From an archaeon (GTDB taxonomy: Archaea; Nanobdellota; Nanobdellia; Pacearchaeales; GW2011-AR1), in NCBI GenBank assembly GCA_030605415.1, contig JAUWIJ010000001.1:91514-155513 (forward strand): a stretch of 64,000 nucleotides of DNA, given 5' to 3'. This document shows, piece after piece, positions 27,627 to 37,522 of this stretch. Both the position numbers and the translations under genes were made by a program. Positions within the stretch are counted from its first letter, which is position 1; the number at the start of each line of letters is the position of its first letter. Below the pieces are notes generated by a model, which worked only from the letters and a program-made list of their open reading frames with translations, searched no databases and was not told where the DNA came from.

Positions 27627-28723
27627 TATTTCTTGTCTCCTTTTATTTCGGCCTTTGTTAATTCTGTATGTACTTTTGATTCAATGTGCTTAAACATCAT
27701 TTTATATCCCACACAATAAGGATCTTTCCCCATTATATCTCCGCCAATTAAGGCATTATGTTGACATCCGCTATTACAAATCGGACCATACTCGCATTGT
27801 TTACATTCTGTTATTTTTTCCAATCCTCTTTCCTTGAGTTTCTTTCGTATATCTGATTCAAGTGCCTTTGCCATATCATTTTTCTCATTTACATTTCCCA
27901 TCCAATAATTTTTTAGTCCATCAAATCTTCCACAAGGATAAATGTCTCCTTGGGGTCCTACTGAAATAAAACTATCTTGACAAGATTTTGAGTAATTACA
28001 TCCATTCGGTCTGCCAGACATTAAATTTCCCATAATCTGACTAAATGGGTCCACTTCAATTGCATCATAATCATCTATCCATCTATCAAATAACGTATTC
28101 ATTGCTTTCGCATATTCTATTGGAGAGATTCCGAAGTTTGTATCTTTTGTATCAATTATATGATTTAATTTTAATCCTATTTCGTTTTTATTAAAAAATT
28201 CATAAATTTGGTCAAGGTGTGGTAAGTTATGTTTGTTAACTACAGCTATTGCACCACTTCCCACAAAAGCTTTTCTATCTTGTGCCATTTTTATTCCTCG
28301 AAAAATATCTCTAAATGCCCCATCTCCATTTGCGTAAATTCTGGTTTTGTTGCTTATATCTTCAGGTCCATCAAGACTAAATCCTAAATAAAAATCTTTT
28401 TCTTTTTCTATAAAATCCAATAATTCCTTAGATACAAGAGTTCCGTTGGTTTGTATGCTGTTTGAGAAACCCTTATTTTGTTTTTTAAACTCATGCGAGA
28501 GTAAAGATATTTCTTTGAAAAAATTTAATCCTGCCAATAATGGCTCTCCTCCATGCCATATAAAATGCGCTTCTTCTTTATTTGAATTTTCTACAACTTG
28601 GTCTATTGTATTATGAAGAGTCTCTTTTGACATCATACCTTTCTCTGCACCTTTTTCTATGTAGCAATATTTACATCTAAGGTTACAATTATGAGTAGGT
28701 TTTACAATTGCTGTTAATCCCAT
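27626..28723 (-). CDS. radical SAM/SPASM peptide maturase (anSME-like subfamily)
   Basis: IVKPTHNCNLRCKYCY, WHGGEPLL, IQTNGTL, SLDGP; SPASM CNYSKSC...GDIYPC...CKQCEYGPICNSGC...DPYC (8 Cys). Confidence 0.92.
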   Translation of the reverse strand: MGLTAIVKPTHNCNLRCKYCYIEKGAEKGMMSKETLHNTIDQVVENSNKEEAHFIWHGGEPLLAGLNFFKEISLLSHEFKKQNKGFSNSIQTNGTLVSKELLDFIEKEKDFYLGFSLDGPEDISNKTRIYANGDGAFRDIFRGIKMAQDRKAFVGSGAIAVVNKHNLPHLDQIYEFFNKNEIGLKLNHIIDTKDTNFGISPIEYAKAMNTLFDRWIDDYDAIEVDPFSQIMGNLMSGRPNGCNYSKSCQDSFISVGPQGDIYPCGRFDGLKNYWMGNVNEKNDMAKALESDIRKKLKERGLEKITECKQCEYGPICNSGCQHNALIGGDIMGKDPYCVGYKMMFKHIESKVHTELTKAEIKGDKK

Positions 28724-28806
28724 TGTAACTTTATAATTACGACAGACTATATAAGTTTTACGGTGATTTGCGTTAATATTAAATACTCTTTGAGATAAAT
28801 ATTTTT

Positions 28807-30477
28807 ATGAATAAGAAAGAAGATGAAAAGAAAAAAGAGAAAGATGAAAAGAAAAAAGTAAAAAAGTATTCTTTTTTAGATAAAAGTGCTGAGAAGCAAG
28901 ATATAAATTATACCATCAAGGAAGTCATGACCAAGGCTCACAAACCAGGAGAATTAGCAGCTATGGGAATGTGGGAATGGCTTTATGATGATAAAGATGA
29001 CAAGATAGGAAAATTTAAGCCAATCTCCTCGCACAGATTGGGTTTTGATTCACAACAGAACCAGTTGGAGCCAACATATTATTGGCTATTAGACTGGTTG
29101 GGCGAGAGAGGCTGGGATTTAAAAAAGATTATTGATAATTTTATGGCATCACCTGGGTCAGGACAATTTTCCGAAATGAATATGAAAGCAACAAAAATGC
29201 AAGAGGAAGGAATGAAAATTCTTGGAGGTATGAATCAGGTTGTGAAATCCGTTCTGAATTTGATTTATGATTTGAAAGAGTTTGAGTTGAGATTGGAGCA
29301 TTACGATGATGCTAACAATAAGGACGATAAACAAAAGAGAGAGGAAGGGATGTTAGCATTAAAACAAATATGGCTGGATAATGTTGACCTAAAGAGAGGC
29401 CGAGGCTCAGTTCATCAGATGGCGGCAGAGCTTGGTTTTACGACGCTAAGAGAAGCGTTTATGATGGCTAATTCTATTGAAGATTTGAAAAAAATGAATA
29501 AGGATGAAGAAGGCGGAATGATTAATGACCAGGTCATGAGAATTTTGATTCCAAGAATTAGCGAATTTTTAAAATGGACAGACTATTCAGAAAAAGAATT
29601 AAGAAAAAGATTCAGCATAGAAAAAAATTATTTAAAGTCTCAGGTTGAAACGATTAAATTATATTCTGCATGGATGAAGCCATACTTAGTTGCGGCGGAA
29701 AAATTGAGACAAAAAGGTTTTGACAACCATTCAGCTTTGGTTAACGCATTTTCGACCTCGATGTTTGAGTTGCAATTATTCGGGAAACAACCTGTAAAAC
29801 TCACAGATGTTTATGACGGAAACTATAATATAAAAAGAGAATATAATGCAGTTCTAATTATCGGGCTCGAATTTCGCGGACATGTTTCACAAAGGGTAAC
29901 GCAAAAAGGAGACTACGGATTTGCGATGGGAGGAAAAGTTGATATGACTTTCGATTGTTACGCTTTGAATGATGAAGAATTAGCGACGGCAAATAAATTG
30001 TTGGAAGATACAGATGTTGAAAAAAGTCTGGAGTTTTCGGCAGATATCGCAGGAGATGCTTTGACAGATTTGAAAGAAGATTTGGATTATTTTTTGACAA
30101 GCAAAGAAGATAAAGATAAGATAGATGCCAAAGACAAAAAGAAAGAGAAAAAATCCCAAGATATTAATCCGTTTGCGGCGTTATTTGGATTAGATAAGAA
30201 AAAGAACAAGAAAACGAAAAATGAAGAGGAAGTTATAATTTTAGCGCCAGAAGATATTAAGAAAGATAATTTCGTTGAAAAAATGATGAGGGGTGCAGCG
30301 GCTAAAAGTGCTGCAGATTGGTTATACTTGGCTTATGATATATATAAGAAAGCCCACAAAATGGCCTCAGCACCTGGTGAAGGATTTGATAAGCTCGACG
30401 AAGAAGCTGTAGAACGTTATGAAGAGGGTGGCAATGTAGGATTCACCGGAGCTTTCAAAAGCAAAAAAAGTAATTAG
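28807..30477 (+). CDS. hypothetical protein (largely helical, Lys-rich ends)
   Basis: Long 556-aa ORF with normal coding composition; no recognisable motif. Confidence 0.7.
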   Translation: MNKKEDEKKKEKDEKKKVKKYSFLDKSAEKQDINYTIKEVMTKAHKPGELAAMGMWEWLYDDKDDKIGKFKPISSHRLGFDSQQNQLEPTYYWLLDWLGERGWDLKKIIDNFMASPGSGQFSEMNMKATKMQEEGMKILGGMNQVVKSVLNLIYDLKEFELRLEHYDDANNKDDKQKREEGMLALKQIWLDNVDLKRGRGSVHQMAAELGFTTLREAFMMANSIEDLKKMNKDEEGGMINDQVMRILIPRISEFLKWTDYSEKELRKRFSIEKNYLKSQVETIKLYSAWMKPYLVAAEKLRQKGFDNHSALVNAFSTSMFELQLFGKQPVKLTDVYDGNYNIKREYNAVLIIGLEFRGHVSQRVTQKGDYGFAMGGKVDMTFDCYALNDEELATANKLLEDTDVEKSLEFSADIAGDALTDLKEDLDYFLTSKEDKDKIDAKDKKKEKKSQDINPFAALFGLDKKKNKKTKNEEEVIILAPEDIKKDNFVEKMMRGAAAKSAADWLYLAYDIYKKAHKMASAPGEGFDKLDEEAVERYEEGGNVGFTGAFKSKKSN

Positions 30478-30510
30478 TAAAGTAGATAAAGTTTGTTTCT
30501 ATTGAATTAT

Positions 30511-31125
30511 ATGACAAAAAAGAAATCGGAAACCAAAAAAGACACCAAAACCAACGAAGAGAAAAACATCTTAATAGAAGAAAGTGTCAAGGAGAAAGAT
30601 GCCGACAAAAACAGTAACTCAGAAGAAGCCGGAATTTTTGATGAAGATTTAAATGATATTGACGAAACTGTCGACGACGTTAGTGATTTTTCTATTGGAA
30701 ACACAATTTTATCGTCGGCGCCATTGGCACATGGGCAACACGGACGAAGGGGACATAATTTAGAAGAACTTGCCGAGAGGAAAAAAACTGAAGATTCTAA
30801 GTGGAATGATTCTGGCGAATTTGACAAAAAAGAAAATTTAGGAAGAGATTTTTACGGAACAACTCAAAAAGTAAACGACTTATATAAAAATGGAAACAAT
30901 AACCAGGATTTGTACAACGAAAGAAACGGCGATTTATATTCCGGCGAAAACAATAAGACCGATGTTTACGATGTTAAAAAAAGTAACATTAAAAATTATG
31001 GGGCACTGGTGGACAATCGACATTCGGGTCGTTCAATGTTAGAAGTTGCCGGATTTGAAGACAAGGAAAAACAAAAACAAAGAAACATGCGAGGACTCGT
31101 CAAATATGAAGGAAAGGAAGAATAG
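30511..31125 (+). CDS. hypothetical acidic, low-complexity protein
   Basis: Open ORF rich in D/E/N; ATG at 30511. Confidence 0.6.
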   Translation: MTKKKSETKKDTKTNEEKNILIEESVKEKDADKNSNSEEAGIFDEDLNDIDETVDDVSDFSIGNTILSSAPLAHGQHGRRGHNLEELAERKKTEDSKWNDSGEFDKKENLGRDFYGTTQKVNDLYKNGNNNQDLYNERNGDLYSGENNKTDVYDVKKSNIKNYGALVDNRHSGRSMLEVAGFEDKEKQKQRNMRGLVKYEGKEE

Positions 31126-31168
31126 AGTTATATTTAAATAATAAGTTTCATTTATTTCTTGAGGTGAT

Positions 31169-33145
31169 ATGGCATACAATACTACGAATTACGAATCTTT
31201 TTACGGCGGAGGAACAAGTTCGCTCAGTCCCGATTATGGAAATTTTACCGGCTATCGAATGAGCGCTGCGCAATTGGGTTTTCCGGGTTCGCCACAAACG
31301 GCAAATCAATTAGGGGAAACGGTCAATGCAATAAAACAAGGCGTAAAAGCATTTGAGGTTACAATGCTTATGCCAGAAACAGCTGAAGTAATTCCCACAC
31401 AACATTTTCAAGAAATGAGAGCACTAATGAAACTTAGCGGAGTTAAACCGTCGGTGCACGGTCCTTTGATTGATGCGGCGGGCTTTAATGATAAAGGATG
31501 GGGAGGCGAAGAAGGGCAGGCAGACAATGAACGAAGAATGTTTGACGCAATTGAGAAAGCGCATATATTAGATCCCAAAGGAAACATCCCCATTGTTTTT
31601 CATTCTTCCAACGGAACACCTGGCGCTGAATGGAAACCGGGCGATAAATCTCTTGGAGAAGATAAATTTGTAATGGAAAAAGGCTCCGCAATTAATCGAG
31701 AAACCGGGCAAATGATTGCGATTAAAAGAGAATATAAATTTCGACTGGACCAACCTGAATATTTAGAAAAGGGACAAGTTAAGGGAGGACCAAAAGGTGT
31801 TTTGTTTGATGCCGAAGGAACTGTCGGCTCCGCGAATTTGGGCGAGTGGGAAAACAAAATGACCGAGATTGCGCAAATGAATAAACACGCAGAGGAAATT
31901 ATTGGAGCTGCACCTATAAATTTGGAAGGATACGAAAATGCTGCGATTAGAAAAGATGGTGAAGTTATTGTTGATATGAGGACAGGAAAGACATTAGCTC
32001 CTTTTAATAGTGAAGGAAGAGAAAATCAGGTTGAGGCATATAATAAAATGAGGAAGGCGGGGCTTTTTCTTGAAAATTCAGAGCTGTCTTTTAATACGGC
32101 ATTTCATCAGGCATATAAATATGGCACCGATAAACAGAAAAAAGAATTGAAAGAATTGTCCAAGGAGTATACTACAGCGATGTATGGAGATAAAAAAACT
32201 TTAGGGGCAAAGCAGGTTGATGAAAAATTTATTTCTATTTATGGACCACAGAAGAGAATACATATTTTGAATGCGACATTGGAAAAGATGGGAGAAATTA
32301 CTGAAAATAAAATGGTCGTTAAAGATGGAGAATATGTTCTTAAAAATGGAAAGAGGTTTAAAGATAAAGATTACGGGACACCACAAATTTTTCAAGAAAC
32401 TGAAAAATTTGCTATGGGAAAAGCATCTCAGACTTTTGGGAATTTGGCTATGAAATCTTATGATAAGTTTGAGGAAAATGCTCCGGTAATTGCAATTGAA
32501 AACATGTTTCAGGGAATGGCATTTTCGCGAGCAGAAGATATGAAGAAATTAGTTGAGATGTCGAGGAAGAATTTTATTAAGCAATTAATTTCTAAGAAAG
32601 GAATAGACGAAAAAAAAGCCAAGAGTATTGCGGATAAACATTTGGGTGTGACTTGGGACGTCGGACATATTAATGTGATGAAAAAGAAAGGATTTACAGA
32701 TAAAGATGTTATTGAACAAACGAAAAAGATTGCACCGATGGTTAAACATATTCACCTGACGGATAATTTCGGCTATGCAGATACACACTTGGCACCAGGA
32801 ATGGGAAATGTTCCGATTAAGGGAATTTTGGAAGAGTTAGAAAAGACTGGGCGATTTGACGAAATGAGAAAAATTACAGAAGCCGGAGGTTTTGTTCAGC
32901 AATTTAAAAAGTCTCCCCACCCAATGACAATGGCCGCGTTTGGCTCACCAATTTACGGAATGAAATCTGCTCCTTACTGGAATCAGGTGATGGATATTCA
33001 GGGCTCGTATTTTGGAGGCTACGGAACAGTTAGTCCTTCTCAACATCATTCAATGTATGGCTCGGGGTTTACAACAATGCCGGTTGAGTTAGGCGGACAG
33101 ATGCCTGGTGGGCAGTCGCGGTTTGGCGGAACACCGATGGCGTAG
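31169..33145 (+). CDS. xylose isomerase/AP endonuclease 2-like TIM-barrel protein with large insertion
   Basis: Metal-binding motifs SVHGP, IAIENM, TWDVGH, HIHLTDN..DTHLAPGMG. GAGGTGA SD. Confidence 0.75.
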   Translation: MAYNTTNYESFYGGGTSSLSPDYGNFTGYRMSAAQLGFPGSPQTANQLGETVNAIKQGVKAFEVTMLMPETAEVIPTQHFQEMRALMKLSGVKPSVHGPLIDAAGFNDKGWGGEEGQADNERRMFDAIEKAHILDPKGNIPIVFHSSNGTPGAEWKPGDKSLGEDKFVMEKGSAINRETGQMIAIKREYKFRLDQPEYLEKGQVKGGPKGVLFDAEGTVGSANLGEWENKMTEIAQMNKHAEEIIGAAPINLEGYENAAIRKDGEVIVDMRTGKTLAPFNSEGRENQVEAYNKMRKAGLFLENSELSFNTAFHQAYKYGTDKQKKELKELSKEYTTAMYGDKKTLGAKQVDEKFISIYGPQKRIHILNATLEKMGEITENKMVVKDGEYVLKNGKRFKDKDYGTPQIFQETEKFAMGKASQTFGNLAMKSYDKFEENAPVIAIENMFQGMAFSRAEDMKKLVEMSRKNFIKQLISKKGIDEKKAKSIADKHLGVTWDVGHINVMKKKGFTDKDVIEQTKKIAPMVKHIHLTDNFGYADTHLAPGMGNVPIKGILEELEKTGRFDEMRKITEAGGFVQQFKKSPHPMTMAAFGSPIYGMKSAPYWNQVMDIQGSYFGGYGTVSPSQHHSMYGSGFTTMPVELGGQMPGGQSRFGGTPMA

Positions 33146-33148
33146 GGA

Positions 33149-33236
33149 AATAAAACGACCTTGTTTTATTACCAGAGCTTAGAACTCAGAACTTAGAGGG
33201 GAAGGGGATTTGATGAGTCGGTTACAAACTGTAACC
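33149..33236. repeat. convergent intergenic hairpins plus short copy 2 of the heptamer repeat element
   Basis: AATAAAAC-GACCTT-GTTTTATT (33149-33170), AGAGCTTAGAACTCAGAACTTAGAGGGG (from about 33174), GGTTACA-AAC-TGTAACC (33220-33236). Confidence 0.65.
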
Positions 33237-33279
33237 AGTTGAAATTTTAATCCAATAATCCAAATCATCAAATAAGTTT

Positions 33280-33800
33280 TTATGTCTCCAATATCTCTCT
33301 CATTAATTCAAAAAACTCTTTTGCTCTATTTAAAGATGTTTGAGCTTTTGATTCTTTTATATTTTCAGTAGTTTCATATTGAAAACTTGCTCTTTTGGCT
33401 TTTTCTCTTTCGTAATTATCTAAATAATTATCTACTACAATTAATGCCTTTTGTTTTTCTTCAGAATAATTTTCTAAAAGATGATTTTTTATTTTATGTC
33501 TTCCCTGAACAATCAACGATTCATTCACAACTTGGTGAACAATTTCATTTCCTGGCTTATAGCCTAATTTGTAAAGATATGCGCAAGCCATATAAAACAT
33601 AGAATAATAACTTGTTACAACAACCCACAACGAAGAAGTTTTGTTTTGAGATAATTGAGTCGCAGAGTTCAAACTTCTCTTGCATTCCTTAGATAAGTAT
33701 TGTATATCAATTCATTAAACTTATCTATTTTCTTAATTTTATTATCTCTTATGTAATTTATAAAATTATTCTCCGCCTGTTTTATTCTTTTGTTGTCCAT
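33280..33800 (-). pseudogene. HEPN-domain protein interrupted by a 1-nt deletion frameshift near 33675
   Basis: The frame from ATG 33800 reads MDNKRIKQAENNF...YLRNAREV*. Restoring one A (GAA[A]GT TTG AAC) gives ..RESLNSA.. and joins the 33280-33672 frame containing WVVVTSYYSMFY, the HEPN YY-x-M-F-Y motif. Confidence 0.8.
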
Positions 33801-34378
33801 TTTGATATGAGATTATAATAATTCTCTATTCCATAAAGAATAATATTGCTTTTAATTATTTCGTGACCCAAATTATTTCGCTTTTTTTCTATCATTGAAA
33901 CGAATTCTTTAGTGGTGAATTCCTGAACTTCAATTTTTAGACTGAATAAGTTTAACATTTCCATTAGTTTGCCTATTTTTATTTTATTATCAGAGATTAT
34001 ACAAATATCTAAATCTGATGTCCGGGTATTTTTTCTATTTGCAAAAGAGCCAAAGATAAGGACAATCATAAACGGATAATTAATTTCATTAATATCTTTA
34101 ACTATTAATTTTATTTTAGGATTTTTAGATAAAAATTCTTTTGTTCTTTTTTCTTCAATGGAGAGAGTTTCAATATTATTACCCTGATTAAATTCAATCA
34201 AGCAGGTATTTCCCTGTTTTTTCTTAGAATGTGTCTCGGGATTTAAATTTCCAAGTGCCTGAGAGGTATTTTTATAATCAGCTTTTAATTTTTGAGAGAT
34301 TTCTCTTATGGAATGTGGGGAATCTTTGTTTTCAATTAAAAATTTTAGTATTTTTTCCTTTAGGGTATATGCTACCAT
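33782..34378 (-). CDS. HTH-fused minimal nucleotidyltransferase (MNT antitoxin-like)
   Basis: N-terminal HTH (SIREISQKLKADY), LIFGSFA...SDLDICIIS (GS..DxD) and IILYGIE. Overlaps the HEPN start. Confidence 0.88.
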   Translation of the reverse strand: MVAYTLKEKILKFLIENKDSPHSIREISQKLKADYKNTSQALGNLNPETHSKKKQGNTCLIEFNQGNNIETLSIEEKRTKEFLSKNPKIKLIVKDINEINYPFMIVLIFGSFANRKNTRTSDLDICIISDNKIKIGKLMEMLNLFSLKIEVQEFTTKEFVSMIEKKRNNLGHEIIKSNIILYGIENYYNLISKWTTKE

Positions 34379-34390
34379 AGTATTATGGTA
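34373..34390. promoter_or_regulatory. inverted repeat over the MNT start codon (putative autoregulatory operator)
   Basis: TACCATA-GTAT-TATGGTA, perfect 7-bp arms, covering the ATG at 34378. Confidence 0.5.
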
Positions 34391-34676
34391 TTAATAGCCA
34401 TATTTAAATGTTTTGATGGTTGTGATTGGTTTCTACCGCAAACTAATAATACTCAATCTTTTCCCACCCAAAAATAGACATTAAATCCATTTCAATTATT
34501 TCTTTTACAAATTTGTCTCTTATTTTTGAGATTAATTATTTTTTATACTAAATTAACTTCTTTATGTTTTATATTGTTTTTTAGTGAATTTTCCTGACAT
34601 ATTTATTAATTAACTTTAAAATCCCTAATCTTTTAAATAAAATAAGGTGACTATTTTTATTGTCAATTATATTAAT

Positions 34677-36473
34677 ATGGAAAATAAAAAAACAACAAAC
34701 CCTTTATGGAATGTTCTCAAAACAGAGTGGAAATATTTGGGCGACCGGAAGAAAATTTTCGTTTTGTATATGTCTATGTTCGTGATAGCTGGCGGAATAA
34801 GTTTACTTAATCCCTTAGTTATCGGACTTATTTTTAATTCAATCCAACAAACTATTAGCTCGGAAGCAGAATTAATGAATTTAATTTTTATGATATTTTT
34901 ACTTTTAGCACTTACGATTGGATTTCGGATTTTTCATGGAATAGGAAGAATTCTTGAGGGGCTAACCGGATTTAAGGTCCAAAGAAACTATACTAATTCA
35001 AAAATTAAAAGAGTTTTAGAATTGCCCGTGAAATGGCATAAGTATCATCATTCGGGAGACACAATTGATAAAGTTAACAGGGGAAGAGAATCCATCGGTT
35101 CTTTTGCGGAATCTGCAACCTATTCAATTGTTTATACAATTTTAAATATTTTTGGAGCTTTAATAATTTTATTTTTTATAGATAAAAAAATAGCTGCTTT
35201 TGCAATGATATTTTCTTTTTCAGTTTTATTTATAATAATGAAAATTGACAAAAGATTGTCTGAATATTATAAGCAACTGAACAAATATAGTAACAATCTT
35301 TCTTCTGCAGTTTTTGATTATTTGAGTAATATTCTAACAGTCATCACTTTGCGTCTGAAAAAAATAGTATCACGGGAAATTGATGAGAAGTTTACGGCAG
35401 CATGCGAAATAAATAAAAAAAGTGTGTTACTAAATGAATTCAAATGGGGATTTGCGAGCATTGCAATATCACTTATGACAGTTTTAGCTTTGAGCTATAG
35501 AGCATATTCTGACTATTATGCAACGGGAATTATTTTAATTGGAACTCTTTATATGCTGTATGGTTATTTAAAAATGGTAGGTCAAACCTTCTACGAATTT
35601 GCTTATTCATATGGAAAAATTATTAGGTATGATGCGAGAATTCAGGGAGCATATCCTATCGATGAAGCGTTTGAAGAAATAGAGAAAAAAATTAAAGGAA
35701 AATTGCCCCGTGACTGGAAAGATATTGAATTGAAAAATTTGAATTTCAAGTATGATTTTTCTATCGAGAGAAGTAATCTTGTCGATGTTAATGTTAAGTT
35801 CAAGAAGGGAAAGAAAATTGCTTTAGTCGGAGAGAGTGGCTCAGGGAAGAGTACTATTTTGTCAATTATCAGAGGACTCTATACTCTCAGCGAGGGGAAA
35901 ATTTATTGTGACGGAATAAAAGTAAAAAACGGCATTGATGGACTTAAGCAGAGTGTTAGTTTAATTCCGCAGGACCCTGAAATTTTTAATAATACACTTA
36001 GGTATAATATGACAATGGATTTGAAAACCAGTCGAGAAGAATTAATTAAAGCAATTAAGATGGCGCAATTTGGTGACGTAGTTAATAGATTAGAAAAAGG
36101 ATTAGATACCAATGTCTTAGAAAAGGGAGTTTCTTTAAGTGGCGGAGAGAAACAAAGACTCGCATTGGTTCGGGGTTTGCTCGCTGCGAAAAAGAGCGAC
36201 ATTGTTTTGTTAGACGAACCGACCAGTAGCGTCGACAGTTTAAACGAAATGAAAATTCACGATAATATATTCGAGGAGTTCAAAGATAAGACAATTATTT
36301 CTTCAATTCACAGACTACATCTTCTTGACAGATTTGATTATATTTATATGTTCGAAAACGGACGAATCGTTGCAGAGGGAAATCTGGAAGAAATTAAAAA
36401 GAATTTTAAATTCAAACATATTTGGAGAAAGTACGGAGAGAGAAGAAAATCAAATTCACAACAACCTTTATAA
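34677..36473 (+). CDS. ABC transporter, fused permease/ATP-binding (exporter type)
   Basis: Six TM helices, GESGSGKST, LSGGEKQR, LLDEPTSSVD, SSIHRL. ATG at 34677. Confidence 0.93.
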   Translation: MENKKTTNPLWNVLKTEWKYLGDRKKIFVLYMSMFVIAGGISLLNPLVIGLIFNSIQQTISSEAELMNLIFMIFLLLALTIGFRIFHGIGRILEGLTGFKVQRNYTNSKIKRVLELPVKWHKYHHSGDTIDKVNRGRESIGSFAESATYSIVYTILNIFGALIILFFIDKKIAAFAMIFSFSVLFIIMKIDKRLSEYYKQLNKYSNNLSSAVFDYLSNILTVITLRLKKIVSREIDEKFTAACEINKKSVLLNEFKWGFASIAISLMTVLALSYRAYSDYYATGIILIGTLYMLYGYLKMVGQTFYEFAYSYGKIIRYDARIQGAYPIDEAFEEIEKKIKGKLPRDWKDIELKNLNFKYDFSIERSNLVDVNVKFKKGKKIALVGESGSGKSTILSIIRGLYTLSEGKIYCDGIKVKNGIDGLKQSVSLIPQDPEIFNNTLRYNMTMDLKTSREELIKAIKMAQFGDVVNRLEKGLDTNVLEKGVSLSGGEKQRLALVRGLLAAKKSDIVLLDEPTSSVDSLNEMKIHDNIFEEFKDKTIISSIHRLHLLDRFDYIYMFENGRIVAEGNLEEIKKNFKFKHIWRKYGERRKSNSQQPL

Positions 36474-36502
36474 AATATAATCGCTACTAATTATCAGTAA
36501 AG

Positions 36503-37402
36503 ATGGTGAAAAAAAAATCTAAGAAAAGGAAAGTTAGCAGTTCTGTGCATCCCAAAGTAAAAGAGGAATGTCCAAAGCAAATAACAAAAAACATGAAAAA
36601 ATTGTCGCCAACCTTAATGATTGCGGGCGAGCGTGAGATTGCTTCGGATTTTGCGACGAAAGTTTATGATAAATTTGACCAAATGATTAAGTCAATTGTC
36701 CTGTTCGGGTCGTCAGCGAAACAGGTTGCAACTGCGGATTCCGATATTGATATTATTATTATTATCGACGATGTCTCGATTAAATGGGACCAGGAATTAA
36801 TTGCCTGGTATCGCGAGGAACTTGGAAAGATAGTTAAGACTAATCCTTATGCGAAGGCGTTGCATATTAATACAGTTAAATTGTCGACGTGGTGGGACGA
36901 TATGATGAGAGGCGACCCCGTCGTAATTAATATTTTGAGATACGGCGATGCACTAATTGACTTTGGTGGATTCTTTAACCCGCTGAGAATTTTATTAAAA
37001 GAAGGAAAAATTCGCTCGACACCAGAATCAATTTACACCTTATTGCAAAGAGCACCCGGACATCTCACTAGGGCAAAACAATCTATGCTCGCGGTTGTCG
37101 ACGGACTTTATTGGACAATGGTTGACTCGGCACATGCTGCTTTAATTGCTGCAAATATTATGCCTTCTTCTCCTGAAGCAATTCCCGATGTTTTAACTAA
37201 TCAATTTGTCAGGACAAAAAAGTTAAATAAAAAATATGTTAATTATTATTCTGAAATTCACGAGGTTGCTAAAGAAATTATCCATGGGAAACGGACTTCT
37301 GTTAAAGGTGAGGATTTAGATGATTGGTTTGAAAAAGCAGACGAATTTTTAGGTGAGATGGCTAAGCTAATTGACGATTTGATTGATAGTAAAGGAAAGT
37401 AG
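36503..37402 (+). CDS. nucleotidyltransferase domain fused to HEPN-like helical domain
   Basis: IVLFGSSAK...DSDIDIIIIIDD; C-terminal LYWTMVDSAHAAL helix. Paralog of part of 53071-54921. Confidence 0.8.
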   Translation: MVKKKSKKRKVSSSVHPKVKEECPKQITKNMKKLSPTLMIAGEREIASDFATKVYDKFDQMIKSIVLFGSSAKQVATADSDIDIIIIIDDVSIKWDQELIAWYREELGKIVKTNPYAKALHINTVKLSTWWDDMMRGDPVVINILRYGDALIDFGGFFNPLRILLKEGKIRSTPESIYTLLQRAPGHLTRAKQSMLAVVDGLYWTMVDSAHAALIAANIMPSSPEAIPDVLTNQFVRTKKLNKKYVNYYSEIHEVAKEIIHGKRTSVKGEDLDDWFEKADEFLGEMAKLIDDLIDSKGK

Positions 37403-37522
37403 GACTGGATTATTTTTTAATATTTTTTAAACTCTCGCTTTTTATACACTCGTCCGATTGGGTATATACCTACATTTTAACAAAAACGATAAATTTATAA
37501 ATATGTAGATACATTAGTTCTT

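Noticed and set aside
27626-28723. Ordinary anaerobic sulfatase-maturating enzyme
   Set aside because: No sulfatase (CxPxR/SxPxR) gene in the window; the gene is instead translationally coupled to a repeat peptide and a peptidase. A distant sulfatase elsewhere in the genome cannot be excluded.
34677-36473. Dedicated exporter (PCAT) for the RiPP
   Set aside because: It lies about 6 kb away, beyond unrelated genes, and has no N-terminal C39 domain; nothing in the sequence links it to the operon.
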